Assembly: GCA_963555825.3 (NCBI GenBank)
Contig: CAUVXB020000001.1
Span: 256,001 to 320,000 of the forward strand
Reading direction: 5' to 3'
Length of the DNA: 64,000 nt
Origin: Alphaproteobacteria bacterium
Lineage (GTDB): Bacteria > Pseudomonadota > Alphaproteobacteria > JAAXGF01
The notes below the pieces were generated by a model, which saw nothing but the letters and a program-made list of their open reading frames with translations, had not been told where the DNA came from and did no database searches. How positions within the stretch are numbered: the stretch's first letter is position 1; each line of letters opens with the position of its first letter. Both the position numbers and the translations under genes were made by a program. Positions 50,652 through 62,037 of the stretch are shown one piece after another.

Positions 50652-51096
50652 CTTAGTAAACTGGCATATGGGAAATGTTGAAAAATTTTTGCCGGACTGC
50701 GTTTAAAAGGAGAGCGAAGATGGAGGATCATTCTCTATCAGGACAAACTTGGGTCATTTTTGCGCTGACTGCCGTGACGATAATCTTAGGCGCGGTTGTC
50801 TTTTACCTGTGGTTGCGAAGGCGCCGATTCACCCGGCAGAGGTATGCTTTTTTTGCGGCGTTGGCCATCGCATCAATTGTTTCGTTGGTGATAACCAGCA
50901 TTACTTCACAGAATCCTTGGTACGCCGTCGCATCAGTTCTCTCTTACTCATTCGGAATAACTAATCCACTTTCGGACTCTAATCATTGGGCAGAGAACGT
51001 TCTGGTATTAGTTATGGGGGTTGCGGGTTGTTATCTCATCTATAAGATATTTGCCATTTGGGATGGTGGGCAGACTGAGAGCGGCTACAAGTTAAG

Positions 51097-52738
51097 CCCG
51101 CATTTCCCAAGTATCGTCGATATTCAGTGCGGCGAGAAGGCGATTCTGCTATAAGAATCATGAAGTTGTAGCATACATGGAGCGGCGGATATGGCACACC
51201 CGATGGGTGAATCGAAACCGGGGTGCCTTCGGGTCGTTTTTGACCGTCGATTGAAGCTTGAATTCCACGGTTCCAAGATCACCTCTGATGCCGGGTTGCT
51301 CGCCTACCGGGAGCTTGACGATGCCCTCGGCCTGACTGAGATGGCCGAGGGTGTTTTCCAGGATAGCCGTACCGGCAAGAACGGATGGCACGGCATGACG
51401 GGTCAGTTTCGCCAGTCCGTTTTCGGGCGCCTTGGCGGCTATGACGATGTGAACGACGCCGACCGTCTGGGACGCGATCCCGCCATGCGCTGGATTGTTG
51501 GCGGCAAGGCCATCGAAAGACAGGCCGCTTCCACCAGCCAGATGGGACGCTTCGAGACGGAGCTATTGGCCACCGACGAGAACGTTGAAGCCTTGGTCGA
51601 CATGAACGGGGTGTGGATCGACAAGGTTCATGACCGCCATCCGCCGAAGATGATCATTCTCGACATGGACAGCAGCGTCAGCCCGACCCATGGCGAACAA
51701 GAGGGAACAGCGTACAATGGTCACTTCGGCTGTACCTGCTAGCATCCGCTATTCCTGTTCAACCAGTTCGGCGACTTGGAGAGATGTTCCCTGCGCCCCG
51801 GTAATGTTCACAGTGCCGACGGATGGCGGAATGTTCTGGAGCCGGTGGTGATGCGCTATAAGGAAAGGAAGGTGCGGCTGTATTTTCGTGGCGATGCCGC
51901 CTTCGCCTCACCGGAGATATACGAATATCTCGAAGCCGAGGGATTACTCTACGTCATCCGCCTCAAAGCGAACGCGATTCTCCAGCGGAACATTGCCCAT
52001 CTGCTTACGCGACCTGTCGGTCGCCCGCCCGACCATGTTCGCCGTTTCCACGCCAGCTTCAGCTATCAGGCCGGATCGTGGAACAAGAAGCGCCGTGTCG
52101 TGGCCAAAGTGGAGTGGCACCCCGGCGAGCTGGTTCCTCGCGTCGGTTTCATCGTCACTAATCTGTCGCGCCCTACCAAGCGGGTGGTGGCGTTCTATAA
52201 TCACCGTGGCACGGCGGAGCAGCACATCAAGGAAGGCAAGAACGCCATCAACTGGACCCGTCTGTCATGTCGCAAGTTCCGCAACAATGCCGTTCGGCTC
52301 CAGCTTCACGCCCTGGCCTACAATCTGGGCAACTTCATGAGGACACTGGCTTTGCCGAAGGAGGTGGAGCACTGGTCGATGACGACGTTGCGCGACAAGC
52401 TGGTGAAGATCGGGGCCAAGGTTGTCCGACATGGCCGCTACGTTACGTTCCAATTGGCTGAGGTGGCGGTGCCGAGGGACCTGTTCCGGAAAATCCTGAG
52501 CTTGATTGATGATCTGCGACGAAGACCCGCTCCGGCGTAGGCCGAGGGAATCGACGGCGAGGAGAAAGCGACAGGAGAGGTGTGTCTGGATGGCGAGAAA
52601 AATGACCGAGTGGCCTTCCAAGCGCGGGCCGATTACCAAAATCATGCCATCGGATGGCTGCATAGGGGATACAGTTCCCTTGGCGGTGGGAAAGTGGTAC
52701 GATTTCCACGAATTTGGATGGTATATGGGGAATGTCGG
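51097..52738 (+). mobile_element. IS1380-family element with internal amber stop, no TSD
   Basis: 1642 bp; TAG at 51740-51742; flanks TTAAG and TTTAT differ. Confidence 0.94.
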
Positions 52739-53264
52739 TTTATACAACATCAGCCAAATTTGGGAGGACTTGGGTGCCGAGGACCGAAGGGAAAAAATCA
52801 CATCCGCCCTCGTCGTTGGCAGATTTCTAGAAAGCAGTTATCGGCGCCAAACGTTAAAGGCATCGAAATATCAAGAACAGGCGAGTATACAAACAGACCA
52901 ATTAAAGGCAGAGTTCATGGCCTTGTCGGAAGCGGAGCGTGCGTATTTCATGGAAGGTATCGCTGTCCACATGGCCGCCCGAAATTACCCTAACCAAATT
53001 TCCGGGCGTGAGTTAAACAATACGATTGAACAGCTGTTAGAGACCATCCCAGAGGGTGTTCCAGCGAAAGATACAATCATTCAAATGGGCAACAGGGCGC
53101 CGTTGAGGATGCGAATTCAGGACAATCCCGATGGCCCGAACCTCTTGAAATTGAACATCCGTACTTATGGAGTTTTGGTGGATGACCCCAGCCGGCACGG
53201 GGCGTTCCAGTTCGCCCATAAGTCGTTTTTTGAATATCTCGTGGGGGCCTACTACGCTTCAAAG

Positions 53265-54449
53265 CTAGTGTCCCGATTCCGAAGTTCGCATGATTTTCGC
53301 CTGCTGTTCAGCGATTTCGATTGTTCGGAGGCAGAAGCGCTGGATGGCGCCGAGGATGTCATCGGCGGATTTGGTCCATTTGAAGGGTTTGGGGTTCTGG
53401 TTTGTCGTGTCGATGTAGTCGAGGATGGTGCGCTCCAACTCCTTGGTGGAGCGATGGACGCCGCGCCTGATCTGCTTGTCGGTCAGCAGCCCGAACCAGC
53501 GCTCGACCTGGTTCAGCCAGGAGGCGCTGGTGGGTGTGAAATGGGCCTGCCAGCGCGGCCGTTTGGCGAACCAGTCGCGGATCGCCTTGGTCTTGTGGGT
53601 CCCGTAGTTGTCCATGACGATGTGGATGTCGAGATCAGCAGGGACGTTCGCCTCGACGAGGTCGAGGAATTTGCGGAACTCTCGGGCCCGATGGCGCGGG
53701 AAACATTTGCCGATGATCTCTCCCGTGGCGATGTCGAGGGCCGCGAAGAGAGAGGTCGTGCCGTGGCGCTTGTAGTCGTGGCTGCGCCGCTCCGCCTGCC
53801 CGGGGCGCATCGGCAAGAGGGGCTGGGAACGGTCCAGGGCCTGGATCTGGCTCTTTTCGTCGACACAGAGAACCAGGGCACGATCCGGCGGCGCCAAATA
53901 CAGACCGACGATGTCGCGGACCTTCTCCACGAAGAAGGGATCGCTCGACAGCTTGAAGGTCTCCGAGCGATGCGGCTGCAAGCCGAAGGCCCGCCAGATG
54001 CGATGAATGGTCGAGGGCGCGTGGCCGCTCGCCCGCGCCATCGAGCGAAGGCTCCAATGGGTCGCGTCCGGCGGCGTCTCTTCCAGCGTCAGCCGGACCG
54101 CTTCCGCGATGGCGTCATCGCCGATTTGACGCGGCGCGCCGGGGCGGGGTTCGTCGTACAGACCGTCGAGGCCCTCCGCCGCATAGCGGCGACGCCACTT
54201 GCCCACGGTGTCCGCGCTCGCCTCGAGACGAACGGCGATCTCCTTGTTCTCCAACCCTTCCGCCGCCGCCAAGACGATCCGAGCCCGCCGCGCAAGCCCC
54301 TGCGACGTCTTGCGACGACGAGACAGCGCCTCCAATTCGGCGCGCTCGTCATCGCTCAAAGAGATCGTCACCGCCACTCTCGCCATCAATCGCGCCTCCT
54401 AAAAACAAATAGAGACATAATCATATCAATTTATCGATCAGGACACTAG
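53265..54449 (-). mobile_element. IS630-family element, single-ORF type (transposase 53265-54386)
   Basis: CTAG at both ends; IR CTAGTGTCCCGAT / ATCAGGACACTAG; [25 protein letters not shown]. Confidence 0.94.
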
Positions 54450-54757
54450 GGGTTAGCGACCCCGCGGCGGTCATCGCGAAGAACTATGGGTCGGCACCCT
54501 GTTTTGACACCATCCTCGAAAATCGAGAAATATTCTGGATGACGGCGGATATATTATTTGGCTCGTTTGCTGTGAAACACTCGACAATTACTGATGAGCT
54601 TATCTTCAGGCAGTTGGGAATCTCTGGTACATATGGAATATTGAGCAAATCAAGTCGACTGCCAATCTACGGTGTACTCATTAACTTTTTCTTGTCCGCT
54701 CTTGTTGAAGTAGGTAAGCATTCTCCTGATCCGGTAATTCGTTACATGCCTATATTA

Positions 54758-55932
54758 TACCAGTGAGCCTATGAAATCACCTTCATGATCCATGGATAGG
54801 CGCAGAGGGTTCGCATACGATCCGGTTCTGCGATGAGGTCGATCCATGCTTGGCAACAGGCGTCGATGATGGCCTCGGTGTCGTCGAGGACGCGGAGCGA
54901 TAGGAAGCGTTCGCGTAGGTAGAGCCAAACCCGCTCGACGGGGTTGAGTTCGGGACTGTAAGGCGGCAACAGCGCCAAGGTGACGTTGTCGGGGACGGTG
55001 AGGGCGCGCTCGTCGTGCCAACCGGCGCCGTCGCACATCATGACGGCGTGCGCATCCTGGTCCAGGGTATCGGCGAAGTGTGCGAGAAACAGGTCCATGA
55101 CCTTGGCGTTGACGCTCGGCATCACCAGGGTGACGTCGTCGCCGGTGTCCGGGCGCACGGCGGAGAAGATGTAGGCCCACTGGTAGCCGATTTGACGCGT
55201 CCCGGGGGCACGCTCGCCCCTGCGCCACCACCGGTGACACACCCGGCCCTTGTTGCCGACGCGCGCTTCATCCTGAAACCACAGCTGTAGGCGCTTGTCG
55301 GGATGCGCCGCGGCGGTCGCCTTCAGGATGTCGCGAAGCCCCCTTTTTTGAAGCGCTCCTGCGCTTCGGCGTCCCTTCGCGGGTGGCTCGGGCGCGCCTT
55401 CTGGCGGGAAAATCCCATCCGCCGTAGAACCCGGGTCATGCTCGAGGGGTGGTAGGTCTTGGCGAAGCGCTCCTCCAGCCAGCGGCACAGATCGGCCCGG
55501 GTCCAGGCGCAAACCCCGTCGCGCTCAGGCTCCGGCCCGGCGATGATGACCGCCGCCAGCGCCGCTTCCTCGTCTGCCGTCAGCCGCCGCGGCGAGTAGC
55601 CCTTTGGACGGTCGTGAAGCCCCTCCAATCCCTTTGCATTGTAACGAACAACCGCGTCGCGAAGCGTTTGGCGATCCATCCCCGCAAGCCGCGCGGCATC
55701 AGCCCGGGGCATCTCCTCCAAAGCATTCGCGATCCCATAGGCCCGCGCCGCCGCTCGACCGTACGATTCCACGCGAGCCCAGCGCCGAAGCTCCAAAGGC
55801 GTCAAATCATCCCGTATCTTGAGTGCTGATCCCATGACATCCCCCACATCTGGTGGGAGACCATAGAATCACAATCCGCCATCATCCGCCATCAATGAAT
55901 ATCCCGAGAGTCAATTCAGGCGCTCACTGGTA
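54758..55932 (-). mobile_element. IS630-family element, frameshift type, copy 1 (1175 bp; transposase 54769-55847)
   Basis: IR TACCAGTGAGC; TTA flanks; AAAAAAG slippery site joins the HTH ORF to the FQDEAR..DGAGWH..YSPELNPVE ORF. Confidence 0.93.
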
Positions 55933-55935
55933 TTA

Positions 55936-57110
55936 TACCAGTGAGCCTATGAAATCACCTTCATGATCCATGGATAGGCGCAGAGGGTTCGCATACGATC
56001 CGGTTCTGCGATGAGGTCGATCCATGCTTGGCAACAGGCGTCGATGATGGCCTCGGTGTCGTCGAGGACGCGGAGCGATAGGAAGCGTTCGCGTAGGTAG
56101 AGCCAAACCCGCTCGACGGGGTTGAGTTCGGGACTGTAAGGCGGCAACAGCGCCAAGGTGACGTTGTCGGGGACGGTGAGGGCGCGCTCGTCGTGCCAAC
56201 CGGCGCCGTCGCACATCATGACGGCGTGCGCATCCTGGTCCAGGGTATCGGCGAAGTGTGCGAGAAACAGGTCCATGACCTTGGCGTTGACGCTCGGCAT
56301 CACCAGGGTGACGTCGTCGCCGGTGTCCGGGCGCACGGCGGAGAAGATGTAGGCCCACTGGTAGCCGATTTGACGCGTCCCGGGGGCACGCTCGCCCCTG
56401 CGCCACCACCGGTGACACACCCGGCCCTTGTTGCCGACGCGCGCTTCATCCTGAAACCACAGCTGTAGGCGCTTGTCGGGATGCGCCGCGGCGGTCGCCT
56501 TCAGGATGTCGCGAAGCCCCCTTTTTTGAAGCGCTCCTGCGCTTCGGCGTCCCTTCGCGGGTGGCTCGGGCGCGCCTTCTGGCGGGAAAATCCCATCCGC
56601 CGTAGAACCCGGGTCATGCTCGAGGGGTGGTAGGTCTTGGCGAAGCGCTCCTCCAGCCAGCGGCACAGATCGGCCCGGGTCCAGGCGCAAACCCCGTCGC
56701 GCTCAGGCTCCGGCCCGGCGATGATGACCGCCGCCAGCGCCGCTTCCTCGTCTGCCGTCAGCCGCCGCGGCGAGTAGCCCTTTGGACGGTCGTGAAGCCC
56801 CTCCAATCCCTTTGCATTGTAACGAACAACCGCGTCGCGAAGCGTTTGGCGATCCATCCCCGCAAGCCGCGCGGCATCAGCCCGGGGCATCTCCTCCAAA
56901 GCATTCGCGATCCCATAGGCCCGCGCCGCCGCTCGACCGTACGATTCCACGCGAGCCCAGCGCCGAAGCTCCAAAGGCGTCAAATCATCCCGTATCTTGA
57001 GTGCTGATCCCATGACATCCCCCACATCTGGTGGGAGACCATAGAATCACAATCCGCCATCATCCGCCATCAATGAATATCCCGAGAGTCAATTCAGGCG
57101 CTCACTGGTA
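55936..57110 (-). mobile_element. IS630-family element copy 2, tandem to copy 1 (transposase 55947-57025)
   Basis: Same ends and ORFs as 54758-55932; separated from it only by TTA. Confidence 0.92.
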
Positions 57111-57251
57111 TTAGTTGCGCCGGTCATGGCGTTGCTTTTTATTACATGGGGAATTGAGATTAGTTCGGCGAAATTTTCTTTCCTTATGGAGCTAAATACA
57201 GCGTTCGTCATTGCTGTAGTTGGATGGATTATTGTAACGTTTCCTCTCTTA

Positions 57252-58426
57252 TACCAGTGAGCCTATGAAATCACCTTCATGATCCATGGATAGGCGCAGA
57301 GGGTTCGCATACGATCCGGTTCTGCGATGAGGTCGATCCATGCTTGGCAACAGGCGTCGATGATGGCCTCGGTGTCGTCGAGGACGCGGAGCGATAGGAA
57401 GCGTTCGCGTAGGTAGAGCCAAACCCGCTCGACGGGGTTGAGTTCGGGACTGTAAGGCGGCAACAGCGCCAAGGTGACGTTGTCGGGGACGGTGAGGGCG
57501 CGCTCGTCGTGCCAACCGGCGCCGTCGCACATCATGACGGCGTGCGCATCCTGGTCCAGGGTATCGGCGAAGTGTGCGAGAAACAGGTCCATGACCTTGG
57601 CGTTGACGCTCGGCATCACCAGGGTGACGTCGTCGCCGGTGTCCGGGCGCACGGCGGAGAAGATGTAGGCCCACTGGTAGCCGATTTGACGCGTCCCGGG
57701 GGCACGCTCGCCCCTGCGCCACCACCGGTGACACACCCGGCCCTTGTTGCCGACGCGCGCTTCATCCTGAAACCACAGCTGTAGGCGCTTGTCGGGATGC
57801 GCCGCGGCGGTCGCCTTCAGGATGTCGCGAAGCCCCCTTTTTTGAAGCGCTCCTGCGCTTCGGCGTCCCTTCGCGGGTGGCTCGGGCGCGCCTTCTGGCG
57901 GGAAAATCCCATCCGCCGTAGAACCCGGGTCATGCTCGAGGGGTGGTAGGTCTTGGCGAAGCGCTCCTCCAGCCAGCGGCACAGATCGGCCCGGGTCCAG
58001 GCGCAAACCCCGTCGCGCTCAGGCTCCGGCCCGGCGATGATGACCGCCGCCAGCGCCGCTTCCTCGTCTGCCGTCAGCCGCCGCGGCGAGTAGCCCTTTG
58101 GACGGTCGTGAAGCCCCTCCAATCCCTTTGCATTGTAACGAACAACCGCGTCGCGAAGCGTTTGGCGATCCATCCCCGCAAGCCGCGCGGCATCAGCCCG
58201 GGGCATCTCCTCCAAAGCATTCGCGATCCCATAGGCCCGCGCCGCCGCTCGACCGTACGATTCCACGCGAGCCCAGCGCCGAAGCTCCAAAGGCGTCAAA
58301 TCATCCCGTATCTTGAGTGCTGATCCCATGACATCCCCCACATCTGGTGGGAGACCATAGAATCACAATCCGCCATCATCCGCCATCAATGAATATCCCG
58401 AGAGTCAATTCAGGCGCTCACTGGTA
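57252..58426 (-). mobile_element. IS630-family element copy 3 (transposase 57263-58341)
   Basis: Same ends and ORFs; TTA at 57249-57251 and 58427-58429. Confidence 0.93.
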
Positions 58427-58777
58427 TTATACCTTGGGTTGGGAGTGAGAACGCTGCTCGTGAAAATGTTACTTGGGAGGTATTTGGTCCTTAAATATCT
58501 CAGTTCCGACCAAAGGAGCAGCTTTCGTCATGCGGCGGTTGTCGGTTTGAAAACTCAAGCGTCACCTATTCTTTTCCTTCTCGGAGGGCGTTCTTTGGAT
58601 AATGTGCTAGATCAATATATAAATCGCATACACTTGCCAACACCGGATGGTGATTTGGCGAAATAGGGCAGAACCACGATGGACCCGCTTCTCCCATTTT
58701 TCCTTGAACTACCAAAATTGCGGGGAGGAGTTATGGGGACATTTTACCCGATTACGGACATTTTCGTGTGTCCGCTA

Positions 58778-58897
58778 TGGCCGTCCCCCATTGCAGGAAA
58801 AGCGCGCGTCGTAACGCCGAGACTTCCGGATCGCGTGACCCAGCGGGGCACTCGGCGGCTGGGCATCTTTTCCGGCAATGATGATAGCCGGTTCTAA
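58778..58897 (+). pseudogene. N-terminal remnant of a REP-associated (RAYT, Y1) transposase
   Basis: ARVVTPRLPDRVTQRGTRRLGIFSGNDDSRF* resembles RAYT ARvvvPg.PHHVTQRGNRRq.iF..d.D. Confidence 0.55.
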
Positions 58898-58899
58898 AA

Positions 58900-59138
58900 G
58901 CCGACACGTTCTCGACGAGAAGACAGTCGGGCTGTTGGATCATCTCGAATAGAGCGATCAGTTCGCCATTTTCATGGTACAGCTGTATGATGTGTTCGCG
59001 CATCGCGTGATCATAGTCTGCGGTCATCGGCTTGGGTTTTCGACCGACAATCGCTGCCCACTCCGCATAGGCGGCACGCGTTAGTTCCCGCACCGCAGTG
59101 GCATCCGCCGGGCCAGCGCGCCTGACGGGCAGCCTCAC
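58900..59138 (-). pseudogene. GNAT acetyltransferase, 5' fragment
   Basis: VRRAGPADATAVRELTRAAY...GRKPKPMTADY...LLVENV, then homology ends before the acetyl-CoA motif; GTG start overlaps the TPP-gene stop. Confidence 0.7.
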
Positions 59139-60745
59139 ATATACCGCCCATACGCCGCCGGATCGATGCGCGCGGCGATCAGGGTGAAGCGATCGGCGGC
59201 GAGCGCGGCCTCGACCGCGGCGCGGGTCGCGTCGCGCGACTCGACGACGATGCCGTGGCCGCCCATCGCGGCGGCAAGCGCGACCCAGTCGGTCTCGCCG
59301 AAGGTGACACCGCGCTGCGGGTACTGCATGCGGTTCTGCTTGAGATCGATCAGCGAGAGCGTCGCGTCGACGAAGACGACGACGACGACCGGCATTTCGA
59401 GGTCGCGCAGCGTCGCCAGCTCGCCGAGCACCATCTCGAGCCCGGCATCGCCGGTGAAGCAGACGACCGGGCGCTCGGGCGCCGCGAGCTTGACGCCCAT
59501 GGCGAGCGGCAGCGCGCAGCCCATGGTGCAGAGCGCGGTCGACTGCAACAGCCCGCGTGGCGCATAACACGGCCAGGCGTGGCTCAGCAGGATGCGGTGG
59601 GCGCCCGAATCGACCGCGGCCACGGTGTCGCGCGGCATCGCCTCGCGCACCGCCTCGATCGCCGCCGCCGGCCCCCAGTCGCCGTCGTCGCGGAAGCTTT
59701 CGGCGATTGCGGCGCGGGCCCGGCCCGGCTCGCCGTCGGCCCAAGTCTCGCGCGGCGCGACGCCGTCGCCGAGCGCGGCGAGCCCGGCGCCGACATGGCC
59801 GACGAAGTTCATGCTGGCCTGGTGCATGTAATGGGTGTTGGCGACGGCGGCGATGTCGACGACATGCTTGTCGGGCGGCCACGGCGTGCGCCAACCCTTG
59901 CGCATCTCGATCGGGTCGTAGCCGGCGAGCACGACGAGGTCGCTGGCGTCGATCAGCGGCAGCAGCTCCTTGTCGGCGACCGGCGAGAGCCCGGCGCCGC
60001 CGAGCGCCAGCGGGTCGTCCTCGGGCAGCACGCCCTTGGCCTTGTAGGTGGTGATCAGCGGCACGCCGAAATCATGCGCGAAACTGGCCACTGCCGCCTC
60101 GGCACGGTGGTTGAGGACGTCGACGCCGGCGATCATCAGCGGCCGCTCGGCGGCGGCGAGCCAGCCGCGCGCGGTGTCCAGATCGGCGCCGGGGGCCGGC
60201 GCGGCGGGCGAGGGGGGCACGCGACGCACCGGCGCGGCGTCGGCCTGCGCGGCGTCGGCGAGACCGATCGGCATGTCGAGGTGGACCGGGCCGGGCCGGT
60301 CGTCGAGCGCGATGGCGACCGCCTTGTCGACCAGCGTGTCGACCGCGCCGTCGACCAGCGTCAGGCTCGCCTTGGTGACCGGGCGCAGCAGCGCGCCGTG
60401 GTCGAACACCTGGTGGGTGTAGTCGGCGGCGTCGACCGGGTCGACGCAACCGGTCAGGAAGATCAACGGCACCCGGTCCTGCCAGGCGTTGGCGACGGTG
60501 TTGACCGCATTGGCGACGCCGGGGCCGAGCGTCGCGACCAGCACGCCGGGCGCGCCGTCGATGTGCCACACCCCCTCGGCCATGAAGCCGGCGGGGTTCT
60601 CGTGCTTGGTCAGCACGAAGCGGATGCCGGCGCGGTCGAGCGCGTCGATCAGCGTGACGACCTCGCCGCCCGGGATGCCGAAGGCGTAGCGCACGCCGGC
60701 TTCGTGAAGCCGCCGGGCGACGATGTCGGAGGCGGAAACGGTCAT
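59135..60745 (-). CDS. Thiamine pyrophosphate-binding enzyme (acetolactate synthase-like)
   Basis: FGIPGGE, KHENPAGFMA, TLGPGVAN, PGPVHLD, GDAG TPP motif. Confidence 0.9.
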   Translation of the reverse strand: MTVSASDIVARRLHEAGVRYAFGIPGGEVVTLIDALDRAGIRFVLTKHENPAGFMAEGVWHIDGAPGVLVATLGPGVANAVNTVANAWQDRVPLIFLTGCVDPVDAADYTHQVFDHGALLRPVTKASLTLVDGAVDTLVDKAVAIALDDRPGPVHLDMPIGLADAAQADAAPVRRVPPSPAAPAPGADLDTARGWLAAAERPLMIAGVDVLNHRAEAAVASFAHDFGVPLITTYKAKGVLPEDDPLALGGAGLSPVADKELLPLIDASDLVVLAGYDPIEMRKGWRTPWPPDKHVVDIAAVANTHYMHQASMNFVGHVGAGLAALGDGVAPRETWADGEPGRARAAIAESFRDDGDWGPAAAIEAVREAMPRDTVAAVDSGAHRILLSHAWPCYAPRGLLQSTALCTMGCALPLAMGVKLAAPERPVVCFTGDAGLEMVLGELATLRDLEMPVVVVVFVDATLSLIDLKQNRMQYPQRGVTFGETDWVALAAAMGGHGIVVESRDATRAAVEAALAADRFTLIAARIDPAAYGRYM

Positions 60746-62037
60746 CAGACGAACCTCGATTTGAGCCGATGCCACGGCAGCACGACGGTGTTGGCCCAAT
60801 AGGTTCCGATACGCGCGAAGGGTGCGCGGGGCAGGGGGGTGATCGGCAACGCCATGGCGTCCTTGTCGCCGGCGATGATCATGCGCGCCAGCTCGCGGCC
60901 CAGCGCCGTCGCGGTCGGCACGCCGCGGCCCGAGAATCCGATGGCGGCGAACAACCCGGGCGCCAGTTCATGGACGCCGGGAAACTTGTACGGCGAATAA
61001 TCGATCATGCCCTGCCAATAATGCGTGAATTTGACCTCGCCGAGCGCCGGGAACAATTGCGCCAGTTCGACGCCCAGCACCGCTGAGACCTGCTCGGCGG
61101 ACTGATTGCCGCCGAGGCCGACATGGCCGCCGCTCACCAGCCGCCCGGCCTGGTCGAAGAAAAAGAAGAAATGCCGCAGGTGATAGCTTTCCTGAATGTT
61201 GTGATCGTGTGGCAGGACCGCGCGCCGGACTTCTTCGGGCAGCGGCTCGGTCGCGGCGCCGACGGCACGGATGATGTAGTAGGCGTCGTCCAGGCCCGGC
61301 CACAGACCGTGGCGGTGGGCGTTGGTCGCCATCAAGGCGGTCGCGGCGGTGACCGTGCCGCCCGGCGTCGTCACCCGCCAGCGCGCGCCGTCGCGGCCGA
61401 TCGCGGTGGCCGGTGATTTGGCGTGGATGACAGCGCCCGCCTTGAGCGCCGCGTTTGCCAGGCCCCGGCAATAAGCCAACGGGTTCAGGTGGCCGCCGTC
61501 GTCGAACACGATCGCCGACTTGAAGGCGTCCGAACCGACATAGTCGCGGATCTCGGCGCCCTCGACCCAACGCACGTTCTTACCGCGCCGCATCCACTGT
61601 TCCGCCTTGGCCTTGTGTTGGGCGACGAATTTGTCCTTGCGCACGACACTGATCATGCCGTTTTGCACGGCCTCGCAGGAGATCTGGTGGTCACGGATGA
61701 GCGAGAAGACGAGATCGGCTGCCTGCGCCTGCATGTCGTTGACGCGTTCACCGCGTTCCGCACCGAAACGGGCGGTGATGTGGTCGGGTTCCTGCCAGGC
61801 CCACTCGGGCACGCAGTGGCCGTTGTTGCGGCCCGAGCCGCCGAAGCCCGGCTGCTCGGCCTCGACGACGACGACCGAGCGCCCTGCTTCGGCGAGATGC
61901 AGCGCCGCCGAGAGCCCGCAATAGCCGGCGCCGATGATCACGACGTCGGCGCTGACGCTTTCCTTGAGCGGTGGTGTCGGTGGCGCTGCCGGCGCCGTCT
62001 TTGCCCACAGCGCCGGTTCGAGGGGCGGCGGCTTCAT
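60745..62037 (-). CDS. FAD-dependent oxidoreductase (DadA/DAO family)
   Basis: IIGAGYCGLSAA, GGSGRNNG, GFSGRGV; ATG 62037 overlaps the upstream stop. Confidence 0.9.
   Translation of the reverse strand: MKPPPLEPALWAKTAPAAPPTPPLKESVSADVVIIGAGYCGLSAALHLAEAGRSVVVVEAEQPGFGGSGRNNGHCVPEWAWQEPDHITARFGAERGERVNDMQAQAADLVFSLIRDHQISCEAVQNGMISVVRKDKFVAQHKAKAEQWMRRGKNVRWVEGAEIRDYVGSDAFKSAIVFDDGGHLNPLAYCRGLANAALKAGAVIHAKSPATAIGRDGARWRVTTPGGTVTAATALMATNAHRHGLWPGLDDAYYIIRAVGAATEPLPEEVRRAVLPHDHNIQESYHLRHFFFFFDQAGRLVSGGHVGLGGNQSAEQVSAVLGVELAQLFPALGEVKFTHYWQGMIDYSPYKFPGVHELAPGLFAAIGFSGRGVPTATALGRELARMIIAGDKDAMALPITPLPRAPFARIGTYWANTVVLPWHRLKSRFV

Larger units (their letters stand above)
50719..58666 (+). pseudogene. 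Membrane-anchored NACHT/STAND-like protein broken by five IS insertions
   Basis: Fragments 50719-51096, 52739-53267, 54449-54757, 57114-57251, 58430-58666; the last four join in one open frame; motif GAFQFAHKSFFEYL; N- and C-terminal TM segments. Confidence 0.7.

Noticed and set aside
49010-52738. Composite transposon formed by inverted IS1380 copies
   Set aside because: The left copy has its own CTTAG TSD and the outer flanks do not match, so these are independent insertions
52506-54449. 647-aa ORF as a single novel protein
   Set aside because: Chimera of the IS1380 right end, a real host-gene fragment (52739-53267) and the IS630 antisense strand
58752-59894. 380-aa minus-strand ORF
   Set aside because: Mostly an alternative frame of the TPP gene; only the GNAT fragment from 59138 looks real
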